NCBI GenBank assembly: GCA_937952315.1 | Contig: CALFZX010000050.1 | Span: forward strand, 1-52,195 | Length of the DNA stretch: 52,195 nucleotides | Source: an uncultured bacterium | GTDB taxonomy: Bacteria > Patescibacteriota > Minisyncoccia > CAIUEV01 | Reading direction: 5' to 3' | Shown here: piece after piece, positions 43,633 to 52,195 of the stretch | Layout of the letters: every line of letters starts with the position of its first letter | Numbering within the stretch: position 1 is the stretch's first letter | The notes under the pieces: model-generated | Told to the model about the DNA's origin: nothing | The model's input: the letters and a program-made list of their open reading frames with translations, nothing else | Database searches by the model: none | Made by a program: the position numbers and the translations under genes

Positions 43633-45726
43633 ATGACAATACCGACGGTTAAAATTTTTCCTTACACTAAAGGCAATCCCGCCTCTCTTTCAGAAGCGGA
43701 ATTATTTTGGCGCCTAGCGAGATTGAAAAACGGTCAGGAATTGCACATTATCCTTTCTGTCGAAGGGCGTAATCGAGGAGAGACGGCCGATCTGTCGAGC
43801 GAACTTTGGTCGCTGGCGACCGCTCATTTAAGCAATTTATGCCTTGAAGAGAACGAAGGCAGAATTTTTAATCCGGAGACTATCTGTGAAGAAATATTAA
43901 AAAATTTCAACGAATATTTGACGGCGTGGGCGGAACGCAACGGTTTAGACGATTGGAATAAAATGGCTATTTTTTTCGGAGTAATGAATCCGGTGGCTTT
44001 CTATTTTGCAAAAATAGGGGATTGTGGAGCAGTCCTCTTAAGGCAGGGAAGGTTGATCGATATAGATGATAATTTAAAAACGCCGAGATCTCCCGAATTT
44101 TCTCCTCCATTTCCGGAAATTGCCGGTGGGAAAATTCAAAATTTTGATCGATTGATTATCGGCTCGATCGGTTTTTTTAGCTCTATTTCACGAGGTGAAA
44201 TCCCGTCTTTGGCCGACCCGCAATCTTTTGAGGTGGCGACCAGAAATTTGGAAAGAATCTCCGAATCGGTTGGCGGATTTGGAACGATCGCATTTTTAAT
44301 TGCTGAAATCAGTTTAAGAGAGGAGACGGAAAACTATTCTTTTTCCAGGTCGGATTTGCCCGGTTCTAATTTTTCTCAAGTGGGATCAATTTCTTTTTGG
44401 GAATATAATTCTTTGCAGGAGAAGATGTCCGGAGGCCATGCGATAAAAGAAAACCTAATTCCCATTCAGGAAACGGTCGGAGCTCTTAAAAATAAAGTGT
44501 TTAGTTCCTCCGAGGGTCTGTTGGCAAAACTTTTTAATAATTTTATTTTTACAAAAATAAAAAATTTATCTTCCCTCAGAAAAGCGATTTTGGGAACAAT
44601 TTTCCTTATCCTGATATTCTTAGCGGGCTATTGGAATTATTCTTTTTCTCAGAAGAGCAGAGATGCCAATCAGACTAAGAGTGCGGGTGAAGAAGATTAT
44701 GATTACGAAAAAATATTTACAGCGGTGGATAAACTGGAAGATGAAGCTGAAAGCGCTTTAATCTATAAAGATGAGGAAAAAGCGAAAAAAAGCTTGTTTG
44801 ACGCGACCGAAATGCTGTCCAAAATTACTAACTCGGGTGATTACGGCATCAGAGCCCTTAAGATTAAAAAAGAAATTGAAGAAAAAATGAATTCGTTGGA
44901 GAAAAATGATATTTTTGTTAATTCGGAATTGTTTTGGTCCGCTCCCGAAGGTCGAAATATTGATGATTTTGCTTTCGGTGGCGATGAAAATCTGTTAGCT
45001 TTAACCGGAGGAGAACTTTATTTATTATCTCGCGGTAACAAAGAAAATAAAGAAAAAATTGCTGAAAGCGATGACTTCAAAAAGGAAAATGGCTTTTTCC
45101 TCGAAACTAAGCTTGAAGTGTTGCTTCTGGCGGGAGAAGAAAAGAATTTTTGGCTAATCGATGGCAATAAAAAGCAAATTTCCACAAAAAAGGAAGTGAA
45201 GGAGGTTGATTTTAAAAGATCAAAACCGGTCGGTGCCTTTGAGAATTTTGTTTATTTTTGGAATGGAGATCAAAAGCAATTTAAGCAATATACCCTGCAG
45301 AACGGGGAGTTGGTTTTTTATCGAGATTGGCTTAAAGATGAAGTCACTTATTTTGATGAAGAAAATATGCCTATTGATATGGCGGTTGATGGAAATATCT
45401 TTACTGTTTCCGCCAAGGGAAAAATTTATCGGTTTTCCGGCGGTAAAAAAATCGATTGGAACAATGAATCGCCCGTGCGACCTTTAATAGCGAAGAATCT
45501 AAAAATGGTGACGGGAGAGAACCTTGCGAATCTCTATGTTCTCGATGAGGCGAAGCAGCGGATTGTAATTTTTGAGAAAGAATCAGGAAAGCTCAAGGGT
45601 CAAATTAAAAATGCTGAATTGGCCGGAGCAATTGGTTTTAAAGTGGACGAGAGCAAAAAAGAGATTTATTTTAACAAGCTGGGAGAATTGAGAAAAATAG
45701 TTTTTGATTGGCCGAAAGAAGAATAA
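43633..45726 (+). CDS. Hypothetical 697-aa membrane protein (cytoplasmic N-domain, one TM, repeat-rich extracellular C-domain)
   Basis: The TM helix is at about aa 315-335 (ILGTIFLILIFLAGYW). The N-domain has only a faint PP2C/SpoIIE-like pattern (FGVMNPVAFYFAKIGDCGAVLL), which is not secure. Confidence 0.4.
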   Translation: MTIPTVKIFPYTKGNPASLSEAELFWRLARLKNGQELHIILSVEGRNRGETADLSSELWSLATAHLSNLCLEENEGRIFNPETICEEILKNFNEYLTAWAERNGLDDWNKMAIFFGVMNPVAFYFAKIGDCGAVLLRQGRLIDIDDNLKTPRSPEFSPPFPEIAGGKIQNFDRLIIGSIGFFSSISRGEIPSLADPQSFEVATRNLERISESVGGFGTIAFLIAEISLREETENYSFSRSDLPGSNFSQVGSISFWEYNSLQEKMSGGHAIKENLIPIQETVGALKNKVFSSSEGLLAKLFNNFIFTKIKNLSSLRKAILGTIFLILIFLAGYWNYSFSQKSRDANQTKSAGEEDYDYEKIFTAVDKLEDEAESALIYKDEEKAKKSLFDATEMLSKITNSGDYGIRALKIKKEIEEKMNSLEKNDIFVNSELFWSAPEGRNIDDFAFGGDENLLALTGGELYLLSRGNKENKEKIAESDDFKKENGFFLETKLEVLLLAGEEKNFWLIDGNKKQISTKKEVKEVDFKRSKPVGAFENFVYFWNGDQKQFKQYTLQNGELVFYRDWLKDEVTYFDEENMPIDMAVDGNIFTVSAKGKIYRFSGGKKIDWNNESPVRPLIAKNLKMVTGENLANLYVLDEAKQRIVIFEKESGKLKGQIKNAELAGAIGFKVDESKKEIYFNKLGELRKIVFDWPKEE

Positions 45727-45743
45727 AAAATTGATTTTTATTT

Positions 45744-46553
45744 ATGAAATATTTAGTTTCTATATTTGAATGGAAGGAGGAGCGAAAGCTTGAGTCTCCT
45801 TTGAATTTAAAAAAAGGCGATTTAATCGTAGTTGATTTGGTTTTTGGAAAACATTTGGGAGAGATTGTTCGTTTATTGGACGAAGATAGTTGTAACGGAC
45901 AATGTGATGATTGTTTTCAAAAGGAGGGGATAATCGTTCGGAAAGCTACCGGGTTGGAAAAGGAGAAAATCAAAGAAGACATAGAAAAAAAGGAAAAGTT
46001 TTTAAAAGACTGCCGGGCTTTGGTGAAAAAATATAAATTGCCGATGAAGTTGGTAGGGGTTGATTTGGCAGTGGATGGTGGTGGCATAATTTTTGGTTTT
46101 ACAGCCGAAGAAAGAGTTGATTTCCGTCTTTTAGTGAGAGAGTTGGCCGCTAAATTTCAAAAATCGGTTCGTTTGCAACAAATCGGTTCTCGAGACGAGG
46201 CGAGAATGAAGGGAGGAATCGGACCGTGCGGCCGGGTGCTTTGTTGTCTTTCAAGAAACATTGCTATTCAAAGCATCTCAACGGAGATGGCTCGACTCCA
46301 ACAAATCAGTCATCGAGGAAATGAAAGATTGTCCGGTTGTTGTAATCGTTTGATGTGCTGTCTTTCCTTCGAACAGGATACATACGAGAAAATGCGAGGG
46401 AAATTGCCGAATGTTGGTGAGCGAGTGAGAACCCCTCATGGCGATGGAACAATCGAAGGATTGAAAATTCTTTCGGAAGAAGTCGGAGTGAGACTGGATT
46501 CAAATCCCAAGGAAGTAATTTGGGTCAAGGTGAGCGAATTACGCAAGAAATAA
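45744..46553 (+). CDS. PSP1 domain protein (RicT/YaaT-like)
   Basis: 269 aa. It has the PSP1 C-terminal pattern VDFRLLVRELAAKF...RLQQIGSRDEAR..GGIGPCGR.LCC. Confidence 0.8.
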   Translation: MKYLVSIFEWKEERKLESPLNLKKGDLIVVDLVFGKHLGEIVRLLDEDSCNGQCDDCFQKEGIIVRKATGLEKEKIKEDIEKKEKFLKDCRALVKKYKLPMKLVGVDLAVDGGGIIFGFTAEERVDFRLLVRELAAKFQKSVRLQQIGSRDEARMKGGIGPCGRVLCCLSRNIAIQSISTEMARLQQISHRGNERLSGCCNRLMCCLSFEQDTYEKMRGKLPNVGERVRTPHGDGTIEGLKILSEEVGVRLDSNPKEVIWVKVSELRKK

Positions 46554-46558
46554 AGATT

Positions 46559-47944
46559 TTAATAATGAATATAGATCGGAGTGCCAACTTCGACAAAATG
46601 AAAAACGGTCTCGGCGGAACCCACACCTAATCTGACACAGCCGTGAGAAACGGGAACGCCGAGATGATTGGCTCCTTCTTTGTAACCGCTCGGCCATTCC
46701 GGTAGCTCGTGCAATCCGTGGCCTTGATTGGTGAATTGCATCCAATAGGGCATAAATAATTTGTATTTGTTTGACCAGGCTCTTTTTCTTTTATTCATAA
46801 TATTGAAAGTTCCAGTCGGAGTATTCATGCCTCTTTTTCCGCTGGAGATACGAAAATTTCCTTGGTTGGATCCATTTTCAAAGATTGAGAGAACCTGTTT
46901 GGACAAATTGATGTCAACATACCTGCCTTCTTTGAATTTAGCTTCCTCAGTTGAGGCGGTGGTCTTAGCGAGTGTGCCGGAGCTGGTATAAGAATGAAAA
47001 TTGCTACTTATTTCATCTTCCAAATAAGTGTCGTCTTCCGCCGGCCACCCCTTTTTTATTTTAACGGCGTATTTAATATTGGGCGACCACTTTCGAGGTT
47101 TAAATACTAAAGTCTTTTGATCGGCTTCCCATTCAAAATTACCGGTTACGGACGGACTGATTTCAAAAAAATCTTTTTCGATTTCTTTTTTCATCGGTTT
47201 ACTGAAATAAACCTTGATCGGAGTGAACTCTTTGATATCTTTTTCTTCGTTGGAAGGCAAAACTTTTTCCAGCTTCGGCGAGTCAATCGTTTGAAATTGA
47301 AAATTGGTTAATTCTTTTGAATACCAATTTCGGCCGTCCTTGCCGTGATAACTGGAATAAGCTACGAATTGATAGCGAGTATTTTGAGCTAAACGATCTT
47401 TCGGAGCGATATGAAATTCCTTTCTTTCTTGATCGATATTTAAATCATAAGGAAAATCGGGGGTAACTTTAAACTCAAGTCGATAATTTTCTCCGCCTTT
47501 ATCAAGTTTAACGGCAATGTCACTTTTTGGGTGGACAAGGGCGTCTTTCGCCGGTGAGATTTCAACTATTTTAGGTAATGATTCGGTGGAAAAAGAATCT
47601 TGGAAATCAAAACCGTAGGCAAATCGAGTGGCTCCGCGCAGAGTGACGGAAAATTTGCTGTCCGGCTCCCAAGGGCTGGTTGGTCGATAAACCAAATTAT
47701 TTCCTTCCCAGTCTATTCGGCCGGCAACGGATGGATTGATAGAAAAAGATGTCTCAATCTTGTGTCTGATGACGGGACGATCAAAAGAAACGACCAGCGC
47801 TTCTTCCAAGGCGATTTTTCTTTTTTCCAGTTTTATTTTTGGCGACAGAACAGTCGGAAAGAAATCCAGATGGACGATCACTCCCGCGATAATGATAATC
47901 AACAAAAAAATCGGGATCGCCAGCCATTCTTTTATTTTTTTCAT
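46559..47944 (-). CDS. L,D-transpeptidase (YkuD) with N-terminal Ig-like repeats
   Basis: 461 aa with an N-terminal TM helix and the C-terminal catalytic GHGLHE...SHGCVRL. Confidence 0.85.
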   Translation of the reverse strand: MKKIKEWLAIPIFLLIIIIAGVIVHLDFFPTVLSPKIKLEKRKIALEEALVVSFDRPVIRHKIETSFSINPSVAGRIDWEGNNLVYRPTSPWEPDSKFSVTLRGATRFAYGFDFQDSFSTESLPKIVEISPAKDALVHPKSDIAVKLDKGGENYRLEFKVTPDFPYDLNIDQERKEFHIAPKDRLAQNTRYQFVAYSSYHGKDGRNWYSKELTNFQFQTIDSPKLEKVLPSNEEKDIKEFTPIKVYFSKPMKKEIEKDFFEISPSVTGNFEWEADQKTLVFKPRKWSPNIKYAVKIKKGWPAEDDTYLEDEISSNFHSYTSSGTLAKTTASTEEAKFKEGRYVDINLSKQVLSIFENGSNQGNFRISSGKRGMNTPTGTFNIMNKRKRAWSNKYKLFMPYWMQFTNQGHGLHELPEWPSGYKEGANHLGVPVSHGCVRLGVGSAETVFHFVEVGTPIYIHY

Positions 47945-47958
47945 CGAATTTTTATTAG

Positions 47959-48031
47959 TGATCCAGGCAGGACTCGAACCTGCAACCTACAGCTTAGAAG
48001 GCTGTTGCTCTATCCATTGAGCCACTGGATC
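47959..48031 (-). tRNA. tRNA-Arg (anticodon TCT), CCA not encoded
   Basis: The hand fold gives:
- acceptor GATCCAG/CTGGATC
- D arm GCTC-AATGGATA-GAGC
- anticodon stem ACAGC/GCTGT with loop CT-TCT-AA
- T arm GCAGG-TTCGAGT-CCTGC
- discriminator A. Confidence 0.85.
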
Positions 48032-48086
48032 GCCTTTATCGATCTAACTGATTTCTAACATACTTATTTTAAAAGGAAAAATTTTT

Positions 48087-49250
48087 TTATTTTTTTGCAT
48101 TATTTTCCAACTCCGCCAAAAGATTTTCGGCCGGTTTTTGCCAATTAAAATCTCGGGCTCGATTGACGGCCTTTACTCGAAGTTCTTCTCTCAAAATTTG
48201 ATCGGTTAAGAATCTATTTATTGATTGAACTAATTCATCTTCTCTTTCCGGGTGAAAATAGTGAACCGTGTCGAGAGCGACTTCTTTAATCGAGCCAATC
48301 TGGGAGGCGATAATGGGAACTCCGCAGGCCATTGCTTCCAAAACCGTTAAGCCGAAGCCCTCATAAATTGAGGGGAAAACAAAGAAATCTGCTCCGTTGT
48401 AAAAATGAATCAATTCCTCATCGGACAGTTTTCCGACAAAGCGAACCGAATCTTTAATGCCCAATTTTTCTACCAAACCGACAACATCTTCGAGCAGGGG
48501 ATGCTTTTCTTCAGGTGTCGCTCCGCCAATAACCAAAACACGATTTTTAAGATTATTTTTGTAATGGCGAACAATTTTTGAAAAAGCGTTAATCAAAGTC
48601 GAAACATTTTTGCGAGTCTCAAAACCGCCGATATAAAAAATATAAGGATTGTCGATTCCGAATTTTTTAAAGGTTTTTAGCACGGCCGGATCATTTTTTT
48701 CCAGTGAGCGAAATTTCGAAGAGATGCCGGCGCCGATGACTTTTATTTTTTCCAGACTGATTTCCAGGTGTTTGTTAATCTCGCGTCGGGAAAATTCTGA
48801 AACGGTTAAAATTTTTTTTGCCGACCGAACAGCTTCAAAAGTTTGACCGGCATAGATTTTGCGACGAAAATTGTAAAGATAAATTTGAGCCAGCACCTTC
48901 CAAATCACATCGTGGAGCAGAACAATGTTAGGTATGGTTTTAAAGCGACTGACTGAGTTGTAGGGGGAGAAAAAAATATTAAGATTATCTTTTTCTGCCT
49001 CTCGAGGTAAAGAAACTCTTTCCCAAACGGTTTGCTTGATCAAATCTTCTCGACGGTAAAATCCGGAAGGGACGAGCTTAATCTTAAAATTCGTCGGGAG
49101 TTTAAAATCCGGCAAACGAGTATCGGTGTAGAGAATATACTCATTTTTATTGTCAATGCGAGATAATTCTCGGAGAAGACTTCTTGTTACTCTGCCTATT
49201 CCAGTCTCCGCTTTTTTTAGAAATAAAGCATTAATTCCGATTCTCTGCAT
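48087..49250 (-). CDS. Family 4 (GT-B) glycosyltransferase
   Basis: 387 aa with PSIYEGFGLTVLEAMACGVPIIAS, the E-x7-E region. Confidence 0.8.
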   Translation of the reverse strand: MQRIGINALFLKKAETGIGRVTRSLLRELSRIDNKNEYILYTDTRLPDFKLPTNFKIKLVPSGFYRREDLIKQTVWERVSLPREAEKDNLNIFFSPYNSVSRFKTIPNIVLLHDVIWKVLAQIYLYNFRRKIYAGQTFEAVRSAKKILTVSEFSRREINKHLEISLEKIKVIGAGISSKFRSLEKNDPAVLKTFKKFGIDNPYIFYIGGFETRKNVSTLINAFSKIVRHYKNNLKNRVLVIGGATPEEKHPLLEDVVGLVEKLGIKDSVRFVGKLSDEELIHFYNGADFFVFPSIYEGFGLTVLEAMACGVPIIASQIGSIKEVALDTVHYFHPEREDELVQSINRFLTDQILREELRVKAVNRARDFNWQKPAENLLAELENNAKK

Positions 49251-49377
49251 TTTATTTTCAGCTTAAAACTTATCCGATTATTAAGAGATTAGCATAAATA
49301 AAAAAATTTGCCTTTTTTTATTTTGTTTCTAAAATTGATAAGAGTTCAGAGGGTTTTTATTTGATTTAAAAACAAAA

Positions 49378-50946
49378 ATGATTTTAGAGCGGAGGCGAAA
49401 AATTGTCTTTGAAGTTTTAGTCTGGGGATTGATAATCGGTGGAGCATTTTTGTTTTGTTCGAGGAACGCTCGGGCCGATGACAACATAAATATAAACGGC
49501 AATCAAAATATTAATTCGAATTCGAATGACAATTCAGCTCTCGGCACAAATCTCAACAGTAGCAGCAACAATAATCCAAACGGAGGAATCAACGACGCGC
49601 GAGTTGAGGAAGTGGAGGCGGACTTGGAAAAAAAAAGAGAAGATCTTTCACAAATTGAAGACAAAATCAAAGCCTACAGCAAGCTGGTTGACATTAAAAA
49701 AAATGAACAAAGAACTTTAAATAACCAAATAGAAATTATCGATAATCAAATCGAAAGAACCAAACAGGAAATCCAAGAATCGGAGAAACAATTGGAAATT
49801 ACCGGTGCCGAAATCCAAAAGCTGGAATTGGAAATAGATGATAAAATGGCTTTATTGAAAAAGAAAAAAGAAGCCCTAAGCGTCTTGATAAATGATCTCT
49901 ACCGAAAAGACAGAAAAAACATTTTAGAAATCTTGCTTGACTATAAGGGAATTTCTTTTTTTGTGCAGGAAGTGGCTTCAAATCAACAGGCGAATCAAAG
50001 TGTTTTTAACAAATTGAAGGAAATAGACGACGCTCGACAGGAATTGGCGAAAAAACAGGAAAAAATGGAGAAGAAGCACGATGAGTTGGAAAGCACTCGT
50101 CAAAAAAAGATGGAAAAAAATTTTTATCTCGAAGGAGAGCAGAATTCAAAAGAAAATTTGTTAGTTGAAACGGCGGGAGAGGAGAGTAAGTATCAAGAAA
50201 TTCTAGCGCGAGTGGAGGAAGAAAAGAAGACCTTGTTGGGAGATATTGAAGAATTGTATCAAAGCAAGTCGAGTGAATTTGATTTTGCTCAGTCCAATCA
50301 GCCACGACCAACATCCGGTCTGGCCTCGACCGATTGGTATTTTTCTCAAAAAGATCCTCGTTGGGGTTCCAATGATATTGGTTATTCGAACACAAAAATG
50401 AGCAAATACGGTTGTGCCGTTTCCTGCGTGGCGATGGTCTTGCGCTATCACGGAGTGATTATGGATCCCGGTCTTCTGGCAAAACAGCCGATTTTTTCTC
50501 GCGATTTGATAGTCTGGCCGTCAGTTTGGCAACATGTGAGAAGAACTTCCAGTTATTCTCACGGTAATATCGACTGGGATACTGTTGATTCCGAAATCGA
50601 AAATCGCAATCCGGTGATTATTTTTGTGCGGGCTAATGGAAGAGGCGCCGGACATTATGTTGTTGTCCACCATAAAGATAATAACGGAAAATATGTAGTT
50701 CACGATCCGATGTGGGGACCGAATATTTTTCTATCTTCGACCAAAGAGAACATTGGTATTCTTTACGGATCAGGAACCTCAATTGACCAGATGATTATTT
50801 ATCACAACACCAAAAGGTCGGGAGAAGCCGCTCCGAAGGTGGAGGATAAAAAAGAGGAGAAGAAAGACGCTAATAATAATGCGAATGCTACCGTTGACGG
50901 TGGAAACAATATCAATACTAACAAAAATACTAATTCCAAACCTTAA
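49378..50946 (+). CDS. Secreted coiled-coil protein with C-terminal papain-like (Peptidase_C39_2/CHAP-like) domain; putative cell-wall hydrolase
   Basis: 522 aa with a TM/signal anchor, an Asn-rich tract and ~230 aa of coiled coil. The C-terminus has Cys in KYGCAVSCVAMVL and His in GAGHYVVVHH. Confidence 0.55.
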   Translation: MILERRRKIVFEVLVWGLIIGGAFLFCSRNARADDNININGNQNINSNSNDNSALGTNLNSSSNNNPNGGINDARVEEVEADLEKKREDLSQIEDKIKAYSKLVDIKKNEQRTLNNQIEIIDNQIERTKQEIQESEKQLEITGAEIQKLELEIDDKMALLKKKKEALSVLINDLYRKDRKNILEILLDYKGISFFVQEVASNQQANQSVFNKLKEIDDARQELAKKQEKMEKKHDELESTRQKKMEKNFYLEGEQNSKENLLVETAGEESKYQEILARVEEEKKTLLGDIEELYQSKSSEFDFAQSNQPRPTSGLASTDWYFSQKDPRWGSNDIGYSNTKMSKYGCAVSCVAMVLRYHGVIMDPGLLAKQPIFSRDLIVWPSVWQHVRRTSSYSHGNIDWDTVDSEIENRNPVIIFVRANGRGAGHYVVVHHKDNNGKYVVHDPMWGPNIFLSSTKENIGILYGSGTSIDQMIIYHNTKRSGEAAPKVEDKKEEKKDANNNANATVDGGNNINTNKNTNSKP

Positions 50947-50960
50947 TTTTTGCTTGAGCT

Positions 50961-51458
50961 ATGGATTTCTATAAAACGGTTACTTCAGTTTCAGAACTTC
51001 GTCCGACTTGGGGCAGTTTAGTTTGGATAGTTTTTCTTTTTTTTGTGGTCTTCTGTCTTTGGAAAGAGGGGCGGGGCAGTCTTTCTTTGAGGATAATAAC
51101 TCTTTTTATGTCGCTGGCCTTGATTTCCGGAGTTCCTCTGTTGGATTTTGAGCTGGGCGGTTTTCAGTTTGAACATCCTTGGGCAAAATTAGCGGTTTTT
51201 CTTGGAGTTTTTGCTTTGCTGAATTTAACTATCGGTCGCACCTCTCTTTCTTCGCTGGCAAAGACTAAAGGAACTTTTGTGAACAGATTGATTTTGGCTT
51301 TATCCTTCTCCGGTTTGACGATTAGTATTGGGCTTAACCTGCTTCCCGATGAAATCAAGAAAGAATTGGGTCAGTCGGTTAGTCTCGCCTTTGTCGGTCA
51401 GCCGGCCGAATTCCTTTGGGTGGTGGCTTCCCTTATTTTTATTTTACTTGTAGGCTGA
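50961..51458 (+). CDS. Hypothetical polytopic membrane protein
   Basis: 165 aa with ~4-5 TM segments. Confidence 0.5.
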   Translation: MDFYKTVTSVSELRPTWGSLVWIVFLFFVVFCLWKEGRGSLSLRIITLFMSLALISGVPLLDFELGGFQFEHPWAKLAVFLGVFALLNLTIGRTSLSSLAKTKGTFVNRLILALSFSGLTISIGLNLLPDEIKKELGQSVSLAFVGQPAEFLWVVASLIFILLVG

Positions 51459-51467
51459 TAAACAAAG

Positions 51468-52195
51468 ATGATAAACAAAACAAAAAAAATCGGAAAATTT
51501 GATATATCTTTTATTGTTGTCAGCTTTAAAAATGCTGCCATTTTGAATTTGTGCGTGAAATCGATCCTGGAGGAGCTGACGATTCTTAAAAAAAAGAGTG
51601 GGATCAGGGGCGAAATTTTAGTGGTAGATAGTTTGGCCGGTGAGAAAACGAGAGATGTGGCAAAGAAATATATGTCCGAGAACAGACCCGTTCGCTATTT
51701 TCCCTTCAAGGAAAACACCGGATTTTCCAAAGCGGTAAATAAAGGAATTGAAAAAAGTCGAGGCGATTTACTTTTTATTCTAAACTCGGATATTATTTTA
51801 ACGGAGGGTTCACTATGGCCCATGATTAATTATATGCGTAAGAATAAAAAAATCGGTATTTTGGGGCCAAAACTTTTGAATTTTGACGGATCTCCTCAGC
51901 CTTCCGCCTTTCATTTTTATACACCGGAAATTATTCTTTATCGTCGAACTTTTTTGGGCAAATTGAAGTTTGGCAAAAAGAAATTAAAAAATTTTGTTAT
52001 TGATACAAAAAAGACTAAAAATTGTCCGCTTTCAATTAACGGTTGGCTGATGGGTTCGGCTCTTCTTCTGCGTCGGGATAATTTGGAAAAAGTTGGGCCG
52101 ATGGATGATCGATATTTTATGTATTTTGAGGATGTAGATTGGTGCCGAAGATTTATTGACGCCGGTTATGAAATTATTTATTTTCCTCAATCGGC
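51468..52195 (+). CDS. Family 2 glycosyltransferase (WbbL/rhamnosyltransferase-like), C-terminal part runs off the window
   Basis: Absent from the ORF track because it is open-ended. My translation reads MINKTKKIGKFDISFIVVSFKN...NTGFSKAVNKG...ILNSD...GWLMGSALLLRR...FMYFEDVDWCRR. Confidence 0.75.
   Translation, partial: MINKTKKIGKFDISFIVVSFKNAAILNLCVKSILEELTILKKKSGIRGEILVVDSLAGEKTRDVAKKYMSENRPVRYFPFKENTGFSKAVNKGIEKSRGDLLFILNSDIILTEGSLWPMINYMRKNKKIGILGPKLLNFDGSPQPSAFHFYTPEIILYRRTFLGKLKFGKKKLKNFVIDTKKTKNCPLSINGWLMGSALLLRRDNLEKVGPMDDRYFMYFEDVDWCRRFIDAGYEIIYFPQS

Noticed and set aside
1-52195. Alternative genetic code (UGA recoding, as in some CPR lineages)
   Set aside because: Long conserved genes (fusA, ftsH, pilB, rny, secD) are uninterrupted under the standard code and end at ordinary stops. 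There is no sign of in-frame TGA read-through.

Overview
This 52.2-kb window comes from a low-GC bacterial genome with small, tightly packed genes. The gene content suggests a Patescibacteria/CPR-like or similar monoderm uncultured lineage; that is inference only. The supporting traits are a type IV pilus operon with no secretin, a short ProRS without an INS domain, an orphan atpC, many glycosyltransferases, and AT-rich 'ttcaaa'-type repeats. All family calls come from reading motifs in the translations, because no searches could be run.

Layout:
- 1-7383 (minus strand): a glycan biosynthesis and export cluster. It holds an epimerase, a GT2, a GT4, a 909-aa methyltransferase/coiled-coil/2xGT2 protein, a CmcI-like methyltransferase, and a Wzt-type ABC ATPase with a C-terminal beta-sandwich domain.
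- 7368-10753: a ~3.3-kb accessory island. Three near-identical direct repeats cut it into two cassettes, and each repeat carries the wzt promoter plus the first 5 wzt codons. Cassette 1 has an RHH/RelE toxin-antitoxin pair and a compact 3-gene operon ending in a predicted caspase/CHAT-fold (His-Cys) protein. Cassette 2 has an AlbA_2(Schlafen-like)/HATPase_c_4/wHTH protein.
- 11400-20453 (plus strand): the type IV pilus locus pilM-N-O-(small)-pilB-REC-pilT-pilC, followed by three pilins. Two of the pilins have aberrant leader peptides.
- 20681-30523 (minus strand): housekeeping genes rny, a hypothetical, LCP, atpC, fusA, a Wzy_C-family membrane protein, and proS.
- 30657-52195 (mixed strands): iscU, a tmk-like gene, rnc, ruvC, an IS remnant, tRNA-Leu, secF-porG-secD (SecD carries an embedded parvulin domain), ftsH, envelope proteins, tRNA-Arg, and more glycosyltransferases.

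The most interesting signals are the repeat-bounded island with its caspase-like 3-gene operon, a GC-rich palindromic element inserted in frame in wzt with a sibling copy in an intergenic region, the 64-aa lysine-rich prepilin leader, and the SecD-PPIase fusion.
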